Source: Raillietiella orientalis
Lineage: Eukaryota
NCBI GenBank assembly: GCA_036172245.1
Contig: JAYWIR010000029.1
Location: forward strand, 2,418,001 to 2,482,000
Reading direction: 5' to 3'
DNA: 64,000 bases
Every line of letters begins with the position of its first letter. The first letter of the stretch is position 1. Of this stretch, positions 36,870 through 49,371 are shown piece by piece. The translations under genes and the position numbers were made by a program. The notes under the pieces were generated by a model, which was not told the origin of the DNA, did not search any database, and saw only the letters and a program-made list of their open reading frames with translations.

Positions 36870-37512
36870 CTAAGAGGATCCTCGGATGAGCAGGTGCACC
36901 GCCGGAAGCCAGGGAGCCGATGGGACCGGTTCGAGGCGCTCGCGGGCTGGGTCGTCTCTCCGCGGGAGCTTGGAAGCCCTCCTCAGGATGGAGTAGAGGC
37001 AGATTACCGGCTTCCCGATGGACTCCAGCATGGCTGACAGGGGCGAGAACGGAGAACCTGGAGAAGAGAAGATCGAACGGAGCTCCCTCCTCCTCCATCT
37101 TTGCTCACTCCCCCTCCTACGGCGACCGTGCCAGACTGGGAGGTCCCGGACACGGTTGTTCAGGCGTCCGCTGATTTCAGAGCGGATATTTCTATGCAAT
37201 TTTTCGCGGTTACGGCGGCCTCCGAGGTCAAGACCTACCTGCTCGTAGGCTCATTGCCGGAAGATCCAGGAAGTTTTCCTTTCTCAGGAGAAGCCACCGC
37301 CATCCAATCCTGAAAGGGAGGGTCGAGAGGAACTCCGAACTCCTCTCCCATTCCTCTGAGCCTCGCCTGGATCTCTCCCGACAGAGGACCCCCCTGCATA
37401 CTTTTTTGTGAACTTTCCAATGGAGCTTCTGATGTTCCTGGCTGCAATAAAAGCTTGCTTTGCAAGAGCTGCAGCGCAACGAAAAGACTCCACAGACTGC
37501 GCGGTTTTCCAT
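36870..37512 (-). pseudogene. Degenerate MYND-type zinc finger gene fragment
   Basis: RAVCGVFSLRCSSCKASFYCSQEHQKLHWKVHKKVC is a zf-MYND with the first Cys replaced by Arg. Downstream frames break at stops and frameshifts. Parent gene not identified. Confidence 0.7.
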
Positions 37513-38329
37513 CAGGTTGGTTCGGGACGAGCACTAGAAGGGGAGCACACGCTTGCAGGGAAAGTACCACAATAATCTGTCTTATGGAGTGCTCCAGAGT
37601 TTGCTGCGACCTGGAGGTTTCTGACGATACTTCATGCAGGGATTATTCGGATTATTCTAAGACCTCATGTTGCACGGCTCGGCGGTGGTGTACAGGGTGT
37701 GTACAGTAAAGAAGTGCACAGAGGACCCCCCTAAACAGAAACGGGAGGGGCGCCGTCAGTCACTGCGCACCTGTCCGCGCTCACGTGCGCAAGCAGTGAC
37801 AGGAGGGAGGGGATTCCCCTCGCAGGTGCTTCTCGGAGAATCCGCTCGTGTCGCTGTTCACCCTGCTCTGCAAGCGGATGCGGCTTGTGTGCTCCAGCGG
37901 GAAGCTCCCGGGTTCAGAAAGAGTGGTGGCAGCTCGGGACTCCGAGGAGGCCTGTTGCCAGAGTGTCGCAATCCAGACTGCTCCCCCTGTGTCCGTCCCG
38001 GAGTCCTGGATCTTTCCTGGCAAAGCGGGTTGGTTCCTTCCGCTCACCGGAGGACATGGATGCTGTGCCCTCCAGCCCTTTCGTTCTCTTCTGGTTCGGA
38101 CGTTAGGGGCGTTGGCGAAGGAAGAGGTGGTCACTGAGGAAACTCGGTCTACGCGGCACCAGGGGAAAGGCATGGATATGAAGGAAAGGGCGCGACAGGA
38201 AAGCATCCCGAAAGAAAGGGAAGGCTGTTTACAGAGGGAGGCGAGTTCGTTTCCCCTCACTTGGGAAGGAAGTCCCGGCGACTCGGAACCAGAACTCAGG
38301 GTGGACGGCATGCTCCTACCGATTCCACC

Positions 38330-39725
38330 CGGGAGCAACGGGCAGCGGGAATTTGGGGAAAACCGGGGGTGAAAGGTTGTAAGGAGAGAGGAAGCGAAAG
38401 AGTCACCCGGAAGTGTCTCGGGGACCTTCGTGCTCACTTCCGCGGCATTTCTGCTCTCGTGGCGAAGCTGCGGAGCGCTACCTTGCGCGACCCTGTGCGC
38501 CTCTTCGTCCAGCAGGCCACCGGCAGCGAAGGACCTGCTTCCTTCCTTGCGCCCCATCGCCACAACGTGACCCCATTGCGGACCGCAACTCCGGCGGGTG
38601 GTTCGCTGACCAAAACAAACAGCTGGATCTCCTGCCGCCCCGCGGACGGTAGCTGCCGGTTTCAGGAAGCCGTTCGCACGTGGGAGAAGATCAACGGGTG
38701 ATGCCCCGGAATAGGCACAAAGATTCCTGTACGATCTATATAACAACTGCTCACTCCGAGAAATCGTTGAACATCCCGGGAAGGGTGTGTGAGAAGAAAA
38801 AACCTCCTTCGCCGCAGCGCTTCCCGCCCTGAGGGAACACATGGGTAGCAGCCTTCCGTCTCGATGGGAGGTCTCAGTGCAAATGTCCGATAGGTGGAAA
38901 GCACTGAGTGAATTGACCATGGGGGAGCTTGCAGACGCTGCGACTCCGAGTGCCCCAATTCGAGGACTTCTGAGCTGGGGCGAGCTACTGGATATTCCTT
39001 CGGAAGATCTAAGGTCGCCCCCAGTGCTCTGGACACTCGCACTCTTCCTTTAAAGTGGCAGGAGTCGGCATTAATGCTGCTGCACTAGGGTCTCCCGTGC
39101 AACGTCTGCTGGCATCACTGAATACGGGGGTGCAAGGAACGTGAATCCCTCCCGTACCTCCTAGTGGACTGTGTTGCCCTCCAGCGTCTTTGAGAACCCT
39201 TTTGAATTCTCTACGGCAACCACGGGGAAGCTATTGGTCCCCTCTTCATGCGTGACGCCCTCCGGCCAGCAGCCTCTTTAGCAGCTCTCTACTACCTACG
39301 TGGGACTGTAGCGGTCCGGAGCGATGCAATAGGAGGACCGAGCGACAGGGATGCCATCCACTTTGCCATCCGATTACTGAGGATGGCAACAAGATGGCAC
39401 TATCTGAGGAATATACAGTAAGAACTTGCCAGCATCCTCGAAAGGATGCAGAGGACCGTCCCTAGCAGAACATGATTCCATCCCGCACGCCACCTCACCC
39501 CCCAAATTTATTTATTTTTTTTTATTTTTGTTTCTTTTCCTTTTTTGTTAGCCTCCTCCCCTCCGCTTCCGAGGTGAACCTGACCGGTCTGCGTACCGGC
39601 TATTTGGATATTGCTCTGCCATTTCCTTTGAAAATGGACGTGATTGGACCACACTAGTCCTACCACAAAATTTGCAGATGCTTATTTTTCATTAAATATT
39701 ACCCCGGAGCACCCGGGTGGAAATC
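38330..39725 (+). mobile_element. LINE family A 3' fragment
   Basis: Shares WGELLDIP, CCTTTAAAGTGGCAGGAGTCGGCATTAATGCTG and the zf-RVT remnant with other copies. Ends ATTAAA..CCCGGAGCACCCGGG. Confidence 0.78.
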
Positions 39726-42130
39726 CATAGCATTTCTCCTAGCGGAAACCCTCGCGTGGGGCACGAGATCTCCGAACGTGAGACTGAGCCGTCATGGCGC
39801 TGCACGCACGGGAGAGGTGGGTGGAAGACTCGTTGCATCAGCTACAGACGCTCCTGATGAAGAAAATCCGTCCAGGCGCAGCACGAGCAGCATCACGAAG
39901 AGCGCGCACAGTGATCAACAACGGTGTCAAGAATCGAGAATGATTTTGCAGGATACAGATGCTGACTCCTTCATCCCAGGATCTTTTGCTGCCTTCTGTG
40001 AGTGCCGACGTGGATCGCCTTCTTCCAGGAACTTTCTGCCCCACAAAGTTGAGAATCGCCTTACGGACTGAATCTCTCCTCTATCGCTCCGGAAAATGTG
40101 GTGACACCTCCTAGATTTACAAAATAGAAGTGATCACCATCATATGTATTCAAATATTTTATTACAGTGTAATCCTGGGAGCTCGCTTGCTTTCTGGATG
40201 CACCCCGGGAGCATCGGTGGGAAGCGGAACTCGAACCGAAGGATCCCAAATTCTCTGCTACGTGGACGGGCGTTTCCACCCTCTCCGAGGTCTTCACTAT
40301 GTGGACCCTCTGGGACTTCGGAGCAAGGGTTGGCTGGTGGTACGCGATCTTCTTAAGTGCTCGAGAGCCGATACGATCGTTTCCAGGAGGAAAGGGAGGC
40401 CGTGCGCGAGAAGTCCTTTTGGACCAAGGGATGTTCGGGCAAATTCGCCAAGCAGGGCGCATGCAAATCAAGCAAAATGCCCGCAGCTCTTTGATCTTTT
40501 CCTCTTTTTTTTTTTTGGTTGATTCAAGGGTTGTGGAATGATCGCAGTCCGACCTGCTGGTACGTGGGATTTCCGACCTGCGGCTTTACCTTTTCCCGCT
40601 CGCTGTCCTCTTTGTCGAGGAACAGGATTCATCTGGGTGCACTAGAAAGAGAGAGATTCGGCTTCGATGTTCCAAAGCCAACATCTCTCTCATCGCCGTT
40701 CATTTTATCGTACCTGACCCAATGGTTCCCCCTTCCCAGCCATCGGGATGTGTTTGCGGAAGTTGAGATTGCTAGCCATCTCCCACTTTTCTGGGGACTG
40801 TCTCCCAAAATCTTCAGGGCGCTTGCCCCACAGACCCCTTTTCCCAGCTGAAGTGTCCCCCTGCAAATTCAAGAAGAACAGATCCGATGCGACACGACGA
40901 GCAAGACGTTCTTGGAACGGGACTTGGAAAGCAGCGCCATCTCGCGAGAAGTGGGTGTTTGTCCTCCAAGTAGAGGCAGTTCCAAGCTAAGCAACGACTA
41001 TACAAAATACAATGTAAGCTAGCGGGAACTCCAGGGAGACGAAAGTGAACGAAAGTCTTGGCTCTTCCACTGTTCCTGCTGAAAAACGTCCTTGTTTCCA
41101 TTATTTATTGCTCCGCCATTATTCAGTTCTTGAGTTATTCATTCATCCATTTAGGAACTATACCGAAGGTGGCATGGGTTCTTCCTCCCAGTCTCCAACG
41201 GCGTAGCGCCGGTTGTTTCTTCGAAATCCATGGGCACCTTGAAGGCCAACGAAGCTCCTGAAAACAAAAGGAAACAAAACAAAAAAACAGAAGTGCGATG
41301 TTTCGTAATGATTTGCAGCCTCACTGCTAGATGGCGCTTCCCGACAATTTATGATCGCGCACGCTTTCTACGCGCAATCCATGTCGATTGAAATGAAGGG
41401 AAGAGTGACTTCAGCACGGAGTGGTCAGGTTTCCAAGGATCATCGAGAACCGGGAAAAGCAACGAAAGCACAAAGGAAGGAGTGTTGTTGTGGAGCAGAG
41501 CCGTCCATCCTGTGGCCTTCAAGGGTGCGTAGCAAGTTTAGGGCACGGTGCAAGGTCACAGACTGTTCTGGGATTCCTCACATCCCGACTGCGGGATGTC
41601 ACGTCAAAGTTTGGAGGTTTGGGGTACAGGTGACTGCATTCGAATCCGTGAGCGGGTAGTTCGCGCCACACGTTCTTCGTCGAACGGCCAGCGTAGTGAA
41701 GCCGCCTTCATCCGCCGGACTCTGCCCGAACGTCGCCGCTGAGGCAGGATCTGTCCTAGTCGAGAGCGATGAATGCCGTCTATCCTGTCCGGAGTCGGGC
41801 AGACGGGTTTCTGATCCAGTTTTTCCATGGGTTATTTATTAGGAAATAATAGGCATGCATCTTTGTGGTAGGATGCTTGGCTCTGCCACGTACTAGAAAC
41901 ACATACACACGTCAGACCTGCCAATCATCGGTATGCAGACTGGCGAGATCCCTTTGGGCAGAGAGGAGGAAAGGAAGACCGAAAACAAAAATAAAGAAAC
42001 AAAAGAAAAGGGCGGGAAGTTTGTTTGTTTGTTTTCTTCGGGAGGGAAGGGGGCAGATCGGCGGAGGGATCAATCACAGTTCGAGGCCAGGCGTGCTCTG
42101 CATCCTATCCGGGATCCCGGCAAGTTCGTG

Positions 42131-42461
42131 ATCCCAGTACCTTCTTCTTTCCTGCGATCTCGCAGTTTGTCTCCCCTCTTGCGGTATGGTGGCTGTCCTG
42201 GCTATCCCTCGGGGATGACACCTCTCAGCAAGAAGAATTCGCTGGGAGCACAGGGTTTTTGAGTACATGCATCAAGACTATGTGCTATAAAAATTCTTCA
42301 AATGGTGTACTCAAGGACGTAACGGATTGCCCGAGAAAAAACCCTATGGGCCCAGCAAATTCTAGCTGCAACCGTGCCGTCCCTGCAAGATAGCCAGGAC
42401 AGCCACCACACCGCAAGATGGGAGACAAACCGGGAAATCGCAGGAAAGAAGGTACCGGGAT
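42131..42461. repeat. Inverted repeat, ~130-bp arms with ~76-bp spacer
   Basis: 42131-42260 is the reverse complement of 42337-42461, including the core GTTTGTCTCCC.TCTTGCGGT.TGGTGGCTGTCCTGGCTATC. Confidence 0.9.
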
Positions 42462-42579
42462 GCTCGACGGAGCGTCAGCTGGCCGGCGCTTCCACCCCAG
42501 CCGCCCTTCCCAGAGGAATTGTCTGTGTAGATGTTCTTGGAATCCCGTCGGAGGAATGGGGATCCCCGCGATGTTCTTG

Positions 42580-43210
42580 GACAGCTCCGTGCTTCCTCTG
42601 AAGTGGCGGGACTCGGAGCTGCGACTGCTGCGTTGGACCATCTCATGCAACGCGCTCCTCCACCACTGGACCAGGGGAAGTGCGGCCCCAGAGTGGGACG
42701 GGAGGCGAAAGGGAAACCTTGCTGCATCTGCTGTTGGAGTGCGTCGCCCTTCAACAGCGTAGGGAGTGCGTGGGGACGTTTGACCACGTCCTTGAACTTC
42801 CCAGAATACCACCTAGAGGTCCTCGTTCAGACAACTCCTCATCATGGGCCATGTGACTTGCCGCAGAGATCGCAGTTTTTGTTCTGCTTGCGTTCTCGAG
42901 ATCGTGACGGCTGGAAGCACCGACAGCTAGGCCGGAATAGCAGAGAAGTCATCGTCTCCCTCGTCTTCTGGCACCTACGGATGGCGGCGAGATGGCCGCA
43001 CTTGAAGCACAACTGGGAGGAACTGCCGCCATCCTTGGGAGAATGCAGATGCCAGCCGGGAGCAGTCTGGTGATCTCTTCCCTTACCCCATCAAGCATCC
43101 TAGTACTTTTCTTGTTCCATATTCACTGCTTTTTTTTTGTATGTTTATCTCCTTTTCCCCTAATTTCCTTGCGCGAACTTCCGGCGGCTTCTTCAGAGTT
43201 CCCTCCGGAG
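42580..43210 (+). mobile_element. LINE family A fragments (diverged, rearranged)
   Basis: LPLKWRDSELRLLRWTISCNALLHHWTRG, then MAARWPHL and a 3' UTR-like segment. Confidence 0.6.
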
Positions 43211-43552
43211 CATGCAAAAGTGATGGCGTTGTACTTCCATTACTACTGCAATGCTGCAGGATTTATTGCCAAAAGATGTATCTCAACAACAAACGCCCTG
43301 GCGTGATCGGGAGAAAACAAATGGCGTACGAAGCGCCGTGACTGAGAGTTCCGTTGTTGCCAACAGAAGACGCTGTGAGCGACTTGTGATTTTGGTTCTC
43401 TGTCGAAGTTTCGAGATGGTCGTGGAGGAAGAAGGTGGTGCATCGCCTTCGGACGCCAACGGTTCGAAATACCTACGGGGACGAAGCCACGGATCGTTCA
43501 AACATCTTTCGGTGGCATGCGCGGTTTCTAGATGAGGGACGGTCGGTGGAAG

Positions 43553-44010
43553 GTTTGAACCGAGTTACGTCGGGACATTTATTTTTGAAAAATAAAACAA
43601 AATAAACCACAAGTTAGAGGAGAAAAGTGTCCCATGAAAAAACAAGAAGTTCATCCGGGGTAAACACTGGCAGGCAGGCCGGCTTCCGAAAAGTAGGGAG
43701 CGGAGAGAGGGAACAATAAATGAATAAAAAAAAGACGAAAGGGTACGGATAAGAGTCTTTCTTCCTCTCTAGAAAAGGCCGTGGATGGTGGAGATCACCC
43801 TGGCGACTTCATCTGGAAGATGAGGCCATCCTGCTGCTGCCCTCATGAGGGCTGCTGCCATGCTAGTGTTCTCTCTTCGCCACGAACTTGATTCTGACAC
43901 ATGCCAACACTGTGGTTGACAGAGCGCCGAAGCGAGTCTCTGCCACAAGTCCGCGAGGGCACTGCAGTCCAACACGAGGTGGAACAGCTCGGGGAGGCAA
44001 CTCCACCGGA
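43553..44010 (-). mobile_element. LINE family A 3' fragment
   Basis: ELFHLVLDCSALADLWQR...ALMRAAAGWPHLPDEV. The 3' end matches 12565-12800. Confidence 0.75.
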
Positions 44011-44139
44011 AACCAGGTGTCTGTGCTGATTGCACTGGAAGCCTCAGAGTAGAAAGAGCTGAACATCCTTTTTTCATTGTAACGGGAACACGGAGGTGTT
44101 CACTTAAAGGGAAGGGGCCACGAATTCTTCAGGGGACTC

Positions 44140-45540
44140 ACCAAGTTGCAGACGATCTTCTGCCGCTGCTCCCCATGTCCACCCCGGCGTCGGCGCTCGA
44201 AGCTTTCTTTGAGCTGTTAAACTGCGGTACTGGACTGGGGGTGGACAAGGAGAAATCGTCCGTGGTAGCAGTCGGATCGGCGTGGGCAGGGCAGCTGGAC
44301 TGGATCTGCTTGGGAATCCCCACGGTTTGGTACTTCAAGCACCTCAATGTACCGTTGGGGGGCTATTCTCCTGCGGAAGCGTGGTACAGCTGCTCCAGAA
44401 GGCAGAGTTGGCGATAGGCCCATTCTGGGATGGCAAGTTTTTGTTGCCGGAATAAGCCGCGGTATGGAACGCGTTTGTGACCTCTCCCTTACGCCCCCTG
44501 CTTTTTGTTTGCCACCCACCGAGTAGCATTAAAAGGCGGACAAAGGACCTCCTGGAAATCGTTCTGTGGGGCACTGAGAGTTGCCAAGCCCGAAGGACTT
44601 ATGCGCTCCGCGTCCAGACGGAGGCCTAGGCCTCCTGGCGCTGGAGCTCCTGGAGCGGCGGCTCCAGTGGAGGACGCTTGTCCTAATGGCGAAGTTTTGG
44701 AGCACAAACTGGTACGAACCCGCACGATACCTGGTCAAGAGAGCAGCCGGCTACGCGGGACTGTCTTCGTTTCTGGCACTGCGACGCAGACGCGACGTGT
44801 CCAGCTGCGGACTGGAGCTCCGGCGGGTGGCCAAGATGACCAGGACCAACAGCTGGATCTTCTGCCGACCCGCGAACGGTGGTGCCTGGTTGCAGGAAGC
44901 CGTTTGCATATGGGCCAAGAACAACGAAGCCCAGAGATGCGACAGCGACTGCTGCACTCCTACGGCAACCGCTCGCTGCAGGACGTCATTATGCAGTCCA
45001 CCACGCGTGCGTGGGCAGAAAGGACCTCCCTAGCCGCGGCACTGCTCTTCCTCAGGGAGCACTGGGCAGTAACCAGCCGGTCACATGAGGTGCGATGTGA
45101 GATCGATGGAAGAGCGAAGAACTTAGGTGGTTGGACACTCATGGGACAGCTCACGGACGCTGAGACCCCAAGTGCTCCACCGAGAGGACTATTGCGCTGG
45201 GGTGAGCTGCTGGAAATCCCACAGGAAGACCTCGATTGACCTCCAGCGCTAAAGAGCAAACGGGCCGTCCCCCTGAATATTGGAAAAGGTAGGCACTTCT
45301 GCTGTTGCACTGGGCCTCCATGCAACGTCCTCCGGTCTCACTGGACCCGGGAGGACGTGGACTCGAACCGCTGCAGGTGCGGGGAACAGAAATCCCAGCT
45401 CCCACACCGGCTTGTAGACTGTGTTGCCCTCCGCTCCCTTTGGTTGTGTTACACAATGGCCCTTGGTGCACCGACGGACAATCCCAAGGACGTCGCTTCG
45501 TGAGCAATGTCCTTTCGCCCGCTACAGTCCTAGCAGCTTT
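44140..45540 (+). mobile_element. L1/Tx1-like LINE (family A), RT C-terminal half to zf-RVT, decayed
   Basis: Ordered motifs QVADDLL (YADD), GTGLGVDKEKS, FKHLNVPLG (KYLG), LCAPRPDGGLGLL, then LLLHWASMQ..CRCG..E..PH.LVDCVALR (zf-RVT). Contains frameshifts. Confidence 0.8.
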
Positions 45541-45919
45541 TTGTCACCTTGCTGTGGAATTCCCATCAGGAGTTACCTCTGGATCCATCCAGACTCGTTG
45601 CTCGGGCAGTGAAACGCATTCCCCTTTCCTCCTTCCCTCAGGGGCTCACTCTGTGACCAGATGTCCTGCCATCTGGTTAAGCGAAATCCTCGAAAAGAAG
45701 GAGCTTCGAAATCTGCCATTCTATTCAATCTGCCTTCCTCTATGACTTCCTGGGATAGTTTACGGGCAACACCTTTACATTTTCGTTTCCTTTTTCTCCC
45801 TTCCTGGCTGTGTTGAAGGCTTCCCCTCCGTTCTCGAAGGGGTAGACAGGAGCATCGAGCACAGCCACCCCGTTGCCCTTCTGCAGCACCAAAGCGGACT
45901 CCGACGCGGACCTGCGTCG

Positions 45920-47215
45920 GAGGCTTTGTGGTTACGGTTGTCTCCGCGCATGGCGCCACCAAGACTCGCGGGTTCGAATACCCCAAAAGGAATCGACTCC
46001 GTGAGACGCAGGTTCCAGGTTCCCCCGCAAGATGGCGCTGGTTGGCCTACAAACACTCGGGTACGACACTGGTGACGGTTTAAACTAGATGCCCTCGCGG
46101 GCGAGTGGTCGGGACAATGGGAGTCGACCTCCAGGTCCATCAAGGAGTGGGGAGTTCTTCCTCTCCGGTTGTGCAAAGGAGAACGGCCTCCCCATTCCGG
46201 GGGGACCCTCTGTGGAGCAGGTGCCTCGCCACCTCTCCAGAGAGTGCAAAGAAGTGAGCCGATCCCTTCGGGGAAGCAGCGTCCTTCTGGATTTCGGAAG
46301 CGTCCCTTCGAGGTTCTCTTCAGAGGAGCAAACAGGGGCGGTTCCCTTGCGGGTTCCTTTCGGAGTTACCACCCGGTCGCGCCAAGACGTTTATTGATAA
46401 CAATAAATTCACAAAATTCGTGGTATGAGGCCCCATTACGGCCAATACATCAATGGATCTGCCGGATCGCCGGTATGCAGGCCGGCGGGCTCGCCTTGGC
46501 AGCGGAGGGGGCTGGGAGAAAACAAAAATGAGAGAAAAAAAAAAAAAGAATAAATAAAAATAAGCAAAACCACTTGGGAGGGGCGGGAAGAGATCACTGC
46601 CCACTGGAGGGAGTCTGCATCCGTTCCAGGATGCCAGCAAGGTCCATCCGGGTGATTCCTACGTGGGACAATCTTGCCGCTATCCGCAAGAAGCGAACTG
46701 GATGGTGACCCTTTCGTTGCTTCCTCTTCTTCTGTCGACTTCGCCGTCGTGCCGTCACAATCCCGCGGATGCAGCAAAGTGCTGTCAGCACTGTGGCTAG
46801 CTGCAGGGCGTCTCGCAAAAAGAGGAGTTGCACAACGTCTCTGGGGTTGTCACCGGGGTTTCCAAGGGTCGTCCCAAAACTTTCCCATAGGGACCGGAGG
46901 GCAACACAGTTCACTAGTGGGTGAGGAAGGGATTCCCGTTCCCCGCACCTGAGACAGTCGAGGCTCGCCCTGCTCAACGTCCAGTGGTGTCAGCGCGCGC
47001 TGAAGGAGAAGAAATTCCTAACGGATCCTTTCCGGTTCCCTTCGGGGAAGAAAGCATGGAGCGGATCCCCTCTGGGGGTTCCTTCTGGGTAGAATAAGGA
47101 AGAAGTGGTTCCCTTAGGGGTTTCCCTTCGGGGACAACCAGGGTAGAGGTTCCCTTGCGGGATCCATCCCCAGGCGTGAGAGGAACGGACTCCGAGCCCT
47201 TTCTGCAGAGGCGAA
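45920..47215 (+). mobile_element. tRNA-derived SINE (family B), interrupted by a LINE
   Basis: B box GGTTCGAATA (45971) and CAAGATGGCGCTGGTTGGCC. The body is the reverse complement of 28860-29400. Confidence 0.75.
46366..47004 (-). mobile_element. LINE family A 3' fragment nested in a SINE
   Basis: CLRCGERESLPHPLVNCVALRSLW (CCHC zf-RVT motif), 3' UTR, AATAAA and hairpin. SINE sequence continues on both sides. Confidence 0.82.
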
Positions 47216-48570
47216 TCCAGACCCAGAGCTTTCCGGTTTCCTGAGGTCAGGTTCCGTCTTGCTACTTCGGTGGCGGCTGTCTCCAGTGTTTTGGCGATCG
47301 CATCGCTCCCAGTCGTGCATAGGCACGAGTGCCTCATGCGATGGCGGCAGTAGGAGGCAGAGTCCCTTCCCGAAGACTACAGCGGCATGATTGATTCACT
47401 TTGTTGGTCCTGGAAATTCCACGTTCGGGAAGGAGATCCAGCCTTGCCAAATGTACAAATCTCAGATCTTCCTCTGATGTTGGGAGGTGGTTCGACCTTA
47501 GCCCAAGGACCGAGAAGCGATCTGGCACAGAGGCTGCTGTTTTAAAAGACCGGGCAAAGAGAATGAACGCTTTGCTTTCGTCTCCTAAACTTGTAGGGAA
47601 AGATGAGGAAAACACTCCCACATAAATAAACGGGAATCTTCACGTTTCTGAGGAGGAGCCCCAGAGTGATCAAATTGTGAATAGCGCTGTTAGTGTACAA
47701 CACACACAAAAAAATCATTTTCTCATTGAAGAGTCCGTCAGAAGAATCTAACTTATTGCCATGGAGTCTTTTTTTGTGACAGGGCAACGAAAACCGCCTC
47801 AATTCTTCAGGATGCCATCCCTAAAGCAGTTTACGTCCTGTTTCAGTCTTAATTGGCTGCGGTCCATTTGCTCTTTTGCCAGCTTGGACAGCAAGCAGTC
47901 ACGTTCAAGCAGCAGGAAGCAAAATACTTCCCTCCCCCCCCTTTCCTTCCCCAGAGCTGCAGAATCTATTTCTCAAAGGGGAGTGCTGGAGAACTGGAGA
48001 ATCGGGAGGGTTTGAACCCAATCTTCCCCCCTCTCCCTTTTCTTCCTTCAAATTGATTTACCCTTAGTTTACTTGAGGTTACCTAGGTAGATGTAAGTTA
48101 AAATGGAGCGAAGTTAAATTCTAGAGATCCACAGATTGAAGCTGATCACCTCACCATACGAGAACCGTAGCCAAGGGAACGACCTTGACTACGTGTCAGA
48201 ATCTACGCGGAAATCTGTGTGAGGGGAACCAGGCGCTCACTGAAGAGAACCGCAGGTCCTTTCGAGAGAATTTTTTTTTTCCTATCTTGGTTGCTGTTAG
48301 CAGCCTAGAGTGATTCGACTTATTCAAGATATTTTTCAAGGAAGAATTCCTCGGCTCTCAAATAAAAAGCGAGAAAGGCTCCTTCTAGTAGTGCGTGCCT
48401 GTGAACTCTGAGGACAAAGTGAAGCACTTAATAAAAGAGATTAAATAATCCAGCAATGACATTTTGGATCGGCGATCTGGTTTGGACGATTATCCCATCT
48501 TCAGGATAATCGTCCAAAGTAAGGGGTGAAAGAGTTGGTGCTTCTAGGTACTCAAAAACTAAAGGAACAG

Positions 48571-49371
48571 ATTCAGGAACCAAAGATCATGAGAGATCCA
48601 GAAGCCCCAAATTCGAAAGGTTACGCTCTCATCAACTTTGTTAGTTTTCATGCTTCAAATGCTGCTATTGAAGCCACGGATGGCGGGCCTTTGTGCACAG
48701 AGTCAATATCATATGCCTTCAAAACAGGTTCTAAAGGAGGAAGACACTGACCAGATGCAGGGACACTGTTGGCAGCCTCAAACCCATTATTCAAAGTAAA
48801 CCACCCTCATCAGCTGTTTCCAGATGCACCTCCTCCTGTGACTCTTATGCCACCTTCCGCATCACCCCACCCTCCTCCACCAGTGATGATTACAGGAATG
48901 GGTATGTTCCTAGGCGTGGCTCCTAAAATACTACCTATGATGGCAGTGCAACCCCACCTGCAGTGTCAGCATATGCTCAGCAGGATGCTCCTCCTCCCTC
49001 ACAGCCTCTTTCAGGAACGGTAAACCATCATCACCGACTCCAGGAGTACGAACACCTTCACAGTTTATATCTTCACAGCATCGTCTTTCGGTAGTTTCAA
49101 TATCTTTCAAAAGTAGTAGTCTCTCTATATGTATATACATAAGCAAGAGCTTATTCATCCCTCGGCGGCCGTGGACCCCTCCTCCTCCAGGAGCCGCTTC
49201 TAGTGTAGCTACAGCTGGGTCTGCTTTACCCCTAGAGCTTCGCCATTTTCATCTGTTCCTCCTCCTCCACCAAGAGCAATTACGCCATTACCTCGAGTTC
49301 TGAGATCGCCTCTTCCTCCGCAAGGTGCAGACCGATATCAGTACTGATTATTTTAGGTTGCAAAAAAAAAA
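48571..49371 (+). pseudogene. SF3B4: 5'-truncated processed pseudogene of splicing factor 3B subunit 4 (RRM2 plus Pro-rich tail)
   Basis: [37 protein letters not shown]...[43 protein letters not shown] matches SF3B4 [20 protein letters not shown]...[27 protein letters not shown]...PHQLFADAPP. In-frame TGA at 48748, no introns, A10 at 49362-49371. Confidence 0.9.
49056..49140 (+). repeat. Short dispersed repeat inserted in the SF3B4 retrocopy; second copy at 53125-53200
   Basis: CTTCACAGTT.ATATCTTCACAGCAT.GTCTT.CGGTAGT.TCAATATCTTTCAAAAGTAGT followed by a TA-rich tail at both sites. Confidence 0.85.

Noticed and set aside
37781..38920. 379-aa minus-strand ORF, and similar 335-aa (33833-34840) and 287-aa (32160-33023) ORFs
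   Set aside because: Antisense to LINE remnants or within GC-rich DNA, with no domain signatures.
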